A DNA stretch of 64,000 nucleotides from Octopus bimaculoides (taxonomy: Eukaryota): contig NC_068985.1 of assembly GCF_001194135.2 (NCBI RefSeq), positions 25,811,304 to 25,875,303 on the forward strand. The letters are read 5' to 3'. Both the position numbers and the translations under genes were made by a program. This document shows positions 52,863 to 63,023 of this stretch, one piece after another. Every line of letters begins with the position of its first letter. Position 1 is the stretch's first letter. Below the pieces are notes generated by a model, which worked only from the letters and a program-made list of their open reading frames with translations, was not told the origin of the DNA and ran no database searches.

Positions 52863-55800
52863 CCTATTAAAATACATTGCCTTTGTTTCAATTAATTTTG
52901 TAAATAATGAGAGACTTTGTAAAATTACTTTATCATTAAGTTGGTTTTTAAGGCAACTAACTGGCAGGATGCATAACAGCATTTTGTCTACATTATTTGT
53001 CCTCATCTTGTTTGTTATTAACACAATGTTTCAGCTGATATACCCTCCAGCCTTCTTCAGGATTATCAGGATTATCATAGAAGCTAATGATCATCATCCT
53101 TCTGACTCATTTTCTCACATGAAACTTGAAATAGCTACAGAGTGATTCCTTGATTTTGCATTAAAAATCAAACTCTACCACATGTATTGAGTACTCTTTT
53201 GCAGTTCAAAACGTATATGTGTGTGTGTGTAGACATGCTTGTCTATGTGTATGTCTGTGTATATTAATGTAAACTCTGTTTTGTCACATATATTCAAATG
53301 TAGGGATTCTGAAAACTTACATGACCAACTATACAGTTTATGTGGTTATTTAGAAGCTCTATCAAGCATCCTTAAAGAAGTTGATTGTGTAAGTACTTCT
53401 ATTCATTAAGTATTTTTTTGTTGCTATTGAGCATAAAAGTTTAAATATAAAATGTGTAAAATACAACTTGTCATATATTTCTCTATGATTTATTATTATT
53501 TTAATTTCAAAATAAAATATAATTATTTAACTAAAATTTTATCTTCAAATTCTTTCATTTGAACCTTTCTTATTTAATTGACATTGTAGTATTAGCAGTT
53601 TGATATTAGTGAGTTCTGATTTTTTTCTTATACAAGAATGGTGATGACAGACATTAAAACACCACACTAGGTAAAAACTGCAAGGTCTTGAGTTCAATCT
53701 TATTCCATACAAGTTTACTCTTTTCTTTTAACTTTCTTAGAATTATTAGTAAAATCTGTATAATAATTTGCTTGTTCATTCACATGTTATACTTTAGTTA
53801 GTCAGAGAGGTGGAGGTGGAGTAAAAGTGAGAGAGAGGTGGAGTGTGAGTAAAGAAGAAAGAAGTGGGGAAGTAAAGAAAGATGTATAATAAGGTTATCA
53901 TCATGGTTAGTTGAAGGGAGAGGTGAAGAGCAAGGGAAAAAGAAGGAGAGAGTGGTGCTAATGACATGTGGTAGGATGAGGAGGGAAAAGAAAAGAGAAA
54001 GAGATATGTTTAGGATTCAGTATTTAGCAGAGGGTGATGTTCTGATGGTGAGATTTAAGAAAAGCGGATAGAGAGATGGACAGGGGAGGTAATTACATTA
54101 AGAGTGAGGGAGAGAGAGAGAGAAGGGCAGAGAGCATTTGTATTGTCAGAGTAGAGATATATTGACAGCAAGAAAAAGCATATATAAACAAACAGCTGAA
54201 ATGAAATGAAATAAGCTTTGTTACTGAAAACTATAGTGATGATTATGGTAGTGGTGCTGGTGGTGTGTTAAAGTGAAAAGCTTTTTTTTCTATATTGAAC
54301 TAAATCTATAATATTATTCTATCCGTTTGTTTACACTTCACATTTTACATTGCTAGGAGGAGGAGGTGGAGTGAGAGGGAAGAAGAAGGAATGTGAGAGA
54401 GAGAGAGAGAGCAGATAGCCAGTCGATGCATTGTGCTGTCGTCACTCATGTGGATAGGAAAAGTGAGAGGTGAAGAAAAAGAGAGAAATGCCAATGATTC
54501 TTTCTTTCTTAAATAGCTTCTCTTAATCTTTTTTGTTCTGTGGAATTTCCACTGGTCCCCCTTGTAAACATTAATTATATACTTAGGTTAGGTCTTGCAA
54601 CCTTGTAAGCACTCATTTGCTGGTTTGAATCATTGGATAGTAGCCATACTGGAGCCTCTCTTTCCAGATTTTAGTTGAATATATTGATCCAGCAGGTTTG
54701 TGTGTGTGTATTTTAAATGAAGCATCTGTTATATAAGTTACTCAGTGTCAGGTTCTAACATTGCAGATATCAGATGAATCTCTGAAAATTATTGAGCATC
54801 TGTTGGTTGTCATGATAGAGAACTTCCCACATGTGTATTTCAAGTACCATTTCAAATGTGTGAAGGCAATTTTGAAAGTATTGCTAGCTCTCATGCCAAA
54901 GGAGACTCATCTTCGTGAAATTCTGAAAGAAACAGGTATGTTGTTTTTCTGTATTTCTTTTTACTTAATGATTAGATACAATAAATGTAGTTTTGCTGCA
55001 GGTTTATACTGATCAAGCAAACCTATAACCAAAGGCGTTTCAGCCATGGTCACCTTGTCTTTTTTTAGAAGCTTACTTTGGACTACAGTGTGTTCTTTCT
55101 TTATTGAAAGCAGTAGGGTGTGATTTGAGAGAGATTTGGCTGTTATTTCTAGTAAGTTGAGTGATCACATAGAGACCTCATTGTGAACATCTCGATATAT
55201 TATTGAAATGAGAATTTTAAGAAAAAGAATTTTTGACTTATATTCTTAACCCTTTAGTGTTCAGATTAATTTGCCAAAAGTAATCCTTATTTATTCACAT
55301 TAAAAAAAAATTATCTGATATTATTTTGTAGCTTCAAGATAGGAAAGATGTAATTGCTTATTTTCAGAATGACATTGCAGGGTAGGTGTGAGATGCTGGT
55401 TCTGGCCAGTTTGTGTATAAAATGTGTAGAATATCTGGGCCAGATACAGCCGGTTTAAACACTAAAGGGTTAAATAGGGTAATCAAAACAATCTGTGCAA
55501 CATGCCTTACTGAATTACATGCCAGTTGAAGTAATTCATTTATATTTTTTCCTCTTTTTCTTTAATTTATTAGTGTATCAAGGTCTTCTAAGAATGAGTC
55601 ATCTTGCCACTCCTTTAAAAGAAATGGAACAGCCTCCAAGAACTGGTACTTTCAGTGTGTGGGGTATGAAAAAAGAAGTATCATACAAGGATTATATATC
55701 TCTCTGGTCAAATTTACTCAAAAGTTCTTCTCTGAAGGTGAGACACAATGATACTTTCTTTGAGTAATTCCTTTTGATATTTTTTTAATCACTTCCTTTT

Positions 55801-56113
55801 AATATTTATTGGAGTGGAGCTCAAGAACAATGTTTTTGTGGAGGAAGCGGGGTGAGTATTGAATCAGCCCCTAGTGTTTCTCCATTATATATATATATAT
55901 ATATATAGATGTAGATATAGATATGCAAATTCATGAGATTTTGTGTCTTCATTTAAAATGAAGATGGACACCATTCTTCCATGTGATCGGCTTGAAAAAT
56001 TGTTAGGATATTAAGATATTTTTCTTCGCATGAAACCAATGCTATCCTTAATTTCTTAACAAAGAAATTCTATCCAGCAATGCAATATTGAGAACTCATT
56101 CTCATCGTTCAAC

Positions 56114-56150
<37 letters not shown>

Positions 56151-57026
56151 TTGCAAGATTCTTGATGTGAAATCGTGTGTTGAAACAGATATTGTTGTAT
56201 TTGGGGAAATTAACACCAAATATATAATGCGTGTGTTTTTATTGGCTAAACTGGCAACATGACCATCCCCAAATACAACAATATATANNNNNNNNNNNNN
56301 NNNNNNNNNNNNNNNNNNNNNNNNNNNNNNNNNNNNNNNNNNNNNNNNNNNNNNNNNNNNNNNNNNNNNNNNNNNNNNNNNNNNNNNNNNNNNNNNNNNN
56401 NNNNNNNNNNNNNNNNNNNNNNNNNNNNNNNNNNNNNNNNNNNNNNNNNNNNNNNNNNNNNNNNNNNNNNNNNNNNNNNNNNNNNNNNNNNNNNNNNNNN
56501 NNNNNNNNNNNNNNNNNNNNNNNNNNNNNNNNNNNNNNNNNNNNNNNNNNNNNNNNNNNNNNNNNNNNNNNNNNNNNNNNNNNNNNNNNNNNNNNNNNNN
56601 NNNNNNNNNNNNNNNNNNNNNNNNNNNNNNNNNNNNNNNNNNNNNNNNNNNNNNNNNNNNNNNNNNNNNNNNNNNNNNNNNNNNNNNNNNNNNNNNNNNN
56701 NNNNNNNNNNNNNNNNNNNNNNNNNNNNNNNNNNNNNNNNNNNNNNNNNNNNNNNNNNNNNNNNNNNNNNNNNNNNNNNNNNNNNNNNNNNNNNTGGCAC
56801 GATTAGCGAAGACGAAGACCAAATGAATATATTCCACTGATGAAGGCAGAGCATTATTATTTATGCAAAGCCAGAAATCCAGGATTTGGAATTATCTTAT
56901 TTTTACTGGTTCATTTGGTCTTCGTCTTCGCTAATCGTGCCATGCGGACATTTATTGTGGTTTTAGAGTCAGGATTTGACTGCTATTTTTTCAGCGTGGT
57001 GGTATCTCTTGATACCCTGTATTATA

Positions 57027-57061
<35 letters not shown>

Positions 57062-60000
57062 ACAAGCTTCTTTCAGTTTTTATCTACAAAATCCATTCAC
57101 AAGGATTTGGTTGGCCTGAGGCTATAGTAGAAGACACTTGCTCAAAGTACCATGTGCTGGGACTGAACCTGGAAGTATAAGCTTCTTACCACACAGCCAA
57201 ATAACAAGAAAGCTTGTAAGGATCAACAAATTCAGTTACCATGAGGAGTAACAAAGTCTGACATTCTAGATATAGTTACTTCAGTGGAGTGATCAAATAA
57301 TGGTCTGTAGAATTGATAAAAATTGGTAAAAAGGTAGGAACAAGAAAGCAAGATTACTGCAGATGCAAGTGTGACTGTATACTAAAACATTTTGCTTCCC
57401 AGCCACATAATCCTTGACACCTTGGGCAAGTGTCTTCTACCATAGCTCCAGGCCAGCCAAAGCCTTGTGAGTGGATTTGGTTGACAGAAACTGAAAGAAA
57501 CCTATCTTGTGAGTATGTGTGTGTATGTGCCTGTCTTTTTGTCTTTGCATTGCATAATAGTTGTAAAATGATTTTCACTGTCATACAAGTAATCTCATTC
57601 ATTTCCAATATTCTGTGAGAACATTTCTGGCCATAAGGAAATATTACTTTACTTGGAAACAGATGAGAGAGTTGGTGACAGGAAAAGCATGCAGCTATAG
57701 AAAATATATCTCAGTAAACTCTATCTGACTCATTCAAGAATGGAAATGTTGACATTAAAATGATGATGATCATGAATTCATTAAAGTAGGTGACAATTTC
57801 TTTGTAATGTTTAATTTTGTTTCTTATTAGGAACTCTCCACCATTGGCTATAGCTTCAGTGATCGTGAAAAACTTACACAATTACTTTATGATGAAATAC
57901 TTTCTTCTGTTATTCATATCATTGAGTCACTTGACTTGACTATTAACACAAGTATCTCACAAGATGTGGTAAGCTTCATCTTTTACTTCTCTTCTTATTT
58001 ATTTTGCTTTTTTAAAGTAGATTTTCGATTAGTTGAATACTTTTTCAGTATCATGTTTAAAACTGAATATAAATGGTTCTTGCTGGGATACCCATGTATC
58101 TCCTATACAGCAAAACATCTGTTCCTGGCCCTCCTTCAATACTGCATCCGTGCTCTTTGAAGGGGTTTTGTCTTACATATTACTTAGTGCTGCACTTGTG
58201 CTGCTACTTGGTACCCTCTGTAAAATTGCTGGCATTAGGAAAGGTATTCAGCCATAGAAACCAAATACAGTCATCAGGCTAATTGGATCCTGTTGAACCT
58301 TCAAACCCAAACCAGTATGAAGCACTGACATTAAATGATGATGATGATGACGATGACGATGGTAGTGGTGGCAGTGGCGGTGGTGGTGACATGACTGTAT
58401 GGTTTAAGCTTATTTAGCAATGGCATGATATCAGGTTTGATCTTATTGTGTGAAACTTGCCAGGTGTCTTCTACCATATCCTCATGTCAACCAAAGATTT
58501 GTGACTGAAATTTGGTTGATGGAGATTGTGTGGAATCCATTTAGACGGATTGTATCAGTTCTTGTGTCGTAGATTTAATCAATATCTCTCAGTTTGATGC
58601 CACCTCCCAGCCCATGGACACCATTCATAAAGCTCTCTGATAAAGTGCTTTTTAAGTCGACTATCTGAACCTTTAGTTTTCATCAGCTGAGACACCTTAA
58701 ATTTAGTTGCTGTTTTTATTGCTACCTTTCAACCATTTCATGGATGAAACAATTCTTTCCTGTTTCGGAAAACTAATGAAGCAGTGTCATATGCTTTGCA
58801 TAGTTATACACAAAAGCTGTTGCAAAAATTTGTGTTTTTTAAATAATTTCCAGGTAACAGCTCATTTCTACCAATATACTATGAAAGCTGGTGGAGGCGC
58901 AATGGCCCAGTGGTTAGGGCAGCAGACTCGCGGTCATAGGATCACGGTTTCGATTCCCAGACCGGGCGTTGTGAGTGTTTATTGAGCGAAAACACCTAAA
59001 GCTCCACGGGGCTCCGGCAGGGGATGGTGGCGAACCCTGCTGTACTCTTTCACCACAACTTTCTCTCACTCTTATTTCCTGTTTCTGTTGTGCCTGTAAT
59101 TCAAAAGGTCAGCCTTGTCACGCTGAATCTCCCTAAGAACTACGTTAAGGGTACATGTGTCTGTGGAGTGCTCAGCCACTTGCACATTAATTTCACGAGC
59201 AGGCTGTTCCGTTGATCGGATCAACTGGAACCCTCAACGTCGTAAGCAACAGAGTGCCAAAAGCAACAACTATCAAAGCTGAATCTAATATTTAACAGAA
59301 AACATTGTCTTGAAATCAAATTGATGTATCACAATAAATGTAAATACATTGCACTTTTGAAACAATACTCTATTTTCTTTTAGGTTATTCCACCTTCACC
59401 CAGCACTAGCTCTCCCATGGACTTACCTACTGTATCAGCTGATCCAGTGCATAACATCAAACTAAATTGTGTCCAGGACCACCAAGTGTTTTACAATATC
59501 GTTAATTTCTGCTGGTAATTTAAGTGTTTTTGTTCAGTGTTAACAGTAGACGTTTTGTGGGTTTTTTTCTTTTATTGATTTGATTTATGTATTTATTTAT
59601 CTATTTTTTTATCTCTTTTATTTGTTTCAGTCTTTGGACTGCAGCCATGTTGGGGCACCAACTTGAAGGATTTAGTCAAACAAATCAGCCCCAGTACTTA
59701 TTTTTAAGCCTGTTACTTTTTCTGATGGTTTCTTTTTATCAAACCGTTATGTTATGGGGAACATAAACAAACCCACACTGTTGTCAAGTGTTGATTAGAG
59801 ACAAACATGAAAACACTCACACAGATACATACGTACATATATAACATACTAGCAGAGATACCCGGCGTTGCTCATGTTACATGCAATTGAAGAATTAGAC
59901 TTTTCTGTTATGTTTTCTCTAATGAACTGGAATACCTATGATTCGAATTTCATCAAAATTGCAGATGAGGGTTCTTTCCATCTTTACAAACCCTAAAAAA

Positions 60001-61632
60001 TTCTAATCATGACACATGTAGCCCATACTATTGATCTTTATGTGCAGAATCCAAAATTCCAGTCTTATGGAACCTGTTAAAAGGATTTTGCTCCTGAAAA
60101 ATGGAAGTCATGGAGCTCTAAAATGTGGGAGTTAAGGCCCTTATTGGGTGTGGGTGTCTTAATATCAACCAGAGAAGTTGAATTGTTGAGAATCTTTTTA
60201 ACTTGGGTCTTATATGTATTGTTCGAATTTCTTTGAAATAGGAAATACATGTATGTTCATTGGGTTTGTAAAAGAGAGCAAAGCAACAGGAAACCAAAAG
60301 ACGAATGATCACAATAAGCAGTCAGGTACCCTACCCTAGTCATTACTACTCCCCAGTGTAGGATTCCTCACCATACAGGTGACAGGCACATCCGTAAGAT
60401 TCATTACGGATCTATAGCAATTGGAAGGGCGTGACCCAACTGAAACATTAACAACTGTGTGACGTGAGGGGTATGGGGAAATGAAAGTGTCACCTCTGGA
60501 GTTTGCAAATGATCACTATACCGATAGGTAACTGGACAGAATAAATTTACTATCTATAAATGTCTTTCAATAACCAGTCACTCATCTGGGAAGGCCTTGA
60601 AATCAATGTTACCATCGGGGGACTATGTGTGACCCAGTGATAATAAAAAGACTCAAAGGAGGTCTGCAACCAAATAACTTTACTGAACACTTTGCAACTG
60701 AATCAGTGGAGGCAAAGATGCCTCTCATTTACTTGACAATTTATGCACCACATTGCAGAAATCACAATCTAAGTATATCTCAAAGCAAACTCTTACACTG
60801 TTGTACCATTGAATTACAAATAACGCTCATCTTTTATGCTCGGGTGACCCTTCAGCTTCCAAGAGTACAACTGTATTCATCTTTGCTTAGATAAAATGAC
60901 TAAATTGTGGGTGTTAAGTCCGCATGAAGGGGGTCTTCGTAACTTCTAAGAAGATGAAATTTTAGAAATATTACTTCATTTGTATCTAATATCTATGGTT
61001 AAAATTTCATCAACAGCAAAAATATATGAATTTTCATGGGGATTATGACCCTTATGCATAGAATATAATTTCAAAATTTCATTAAGATCTATTCAGTAAT
61101 TTTGACCTAGTTTTGGATCATAAAAAATTACTAAAATTTGGGAGCTAAGGCCCCCATTGGGAGGTCTTAGAATCCTCATGAGAAGTGGAAACTTTGAGAA
61201 TACTTCTTGATGTGTATCAATTACCCATAGTTGAAATTTCATCAACATCGAAAATTTATGAATTTTCATGGGGGGTTCTGCCCCCTTTAAGCCATCTCAA
61301 ATTCAAACAAAACATACTGCATTATACCCGCCCTTATGCATTGAATCTAAGTTCCAAATATCATAAGGATCCACAACAGCAATTACAGGTGAGAGAGAAG
61401 TACCAAAATAATGCAGGTATCAGGCAGAAGGATCAGAGAAACTGCTCTATTCAATGTCTTCAAACTGAGAATCAATCTTGAATAAAATTGTAAATTTTTT
61501 GAATTATTGACTGCATTTTTAGATGATGAGAGTGAAAATAAACCATGTTTCATCTGTGAAGTTTATTATACGAAAAATGATAATCTTCGTAGCATCAATT
61601 CAGTCATTTATTCACAAAGTAAATTCTCGAGG

Positions 61633-61665
<33 letters not shown>

Positions 61666-62940
61666 GAAGAGAGACAATTGCTACCATTGTTAGTCACGAA
61701 TGACCATGGGATTGCACCTAGAAAGTTCCCCACCAAGGCACAAGACCAGGTAAGGCTGTTTATGGAAGACCAACAATCACTCATGCATACCAGCAACATC
61801 TACATGGTTACTCAATCTTCCAGAAATAGCAAATCATGCGCATATCACACCCTCTCATTTTCAAAAATGGAAGGACACATTGGATAATGAAGTTACAGAT
61901 AAATAAACATGACCTAAAGCATCACTGATCATAAGTTTGGTTGATCAGGACTGATTGTAGGTTAACCAACACATTTACATAGCAGTAAATTTTAAGATGC
62001 AGCAAATCTGAACTAAAGACATGGCATTCTATTTGACACTGAAACACCTCAGCCTACTATTTGCTTAGAACTATGAAATGAAATCAAAATTAAGTCTCTT
62101 TTCTTCTTATAACCTTGCATTTTTCATTTATTTCTTCCCACATGTTATTGAAATACATATCAATACAATTCCTAAAAGTGTCTCTTGGTTTATGTTTTTA
62201 TATTTTTTCGTTTCTTTTCCAGTGAATTTCTGGACAAAAATGAGAAAAAAATGTTCAGAAAATGGTTGTTCAGATATTGCAATTTCCTGGTTAAAATTTC
62301 CACAAGGTCAGTAAAAAAATATATATTTCTGTTTGAGATTTTATAACAGACAGTCCTAGATTTTTTTTTTTTTTAAACTTATTTCAGTCATTACACTGTG
62401 GCCATATTGAAGAATTTTTATTCAAATGAATCGACCCCACTACTTATTTTTTCTTTTTTTTTTATGATGTTACTTATTTTATAGGTCACTTTTGCTAAGC
62501 TGCTATGTTACAGGGACATAAACACACCAACACATACAAATACACACATATATTTATGTGTGTTTACACACAACAATCTTCTTTCAGTTTCCATCTACCA
62601 AATCCATTCACAAGGCTTTGGTTGGCCTGAGGCTAAAGAAGGCACTTGCCCAAGGTGCCATGCTGTGGGACTGAACCCAGATCTATGTGGTGAGGAAGCA
62701 AGCTTCTTACCACACAGCCAGTAGTAATTTTTTTTCTCTTTTTTTTTTCTTACTTTAAATCATAATACTTACATAGGCATAGGAGTGGCTGTGTGGTAAT
62801 TAGCTTGTTTACGAACCACATGGTTCCAGGTTCAGTCCCACTGCATGGCACCTTGGGCAAGTGTCTTCCACTATAGCCTCAGGCCGACCAAAGCCTTGTG
62901 AGTAGATTTGGTAGACGGAAACTGAAAGAAGCCCATCGTA

Positions 62941-63023
<83 letters not shown>

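Noticed and set aside
25873-56854. Long ORFs in the track at 25873, 31160, 41579, 47027, 48879-49531 and 56109-56854
   Set aside because: Length comes from read-through of N-gaps
16245-59268. tRNA genes at SINE heads (e.g. 16245, 29790, 32515, 58893)
   Set aside because: A/B boxes are present but no complete cloverleaf; each continues into a SINE body, several with TSDs
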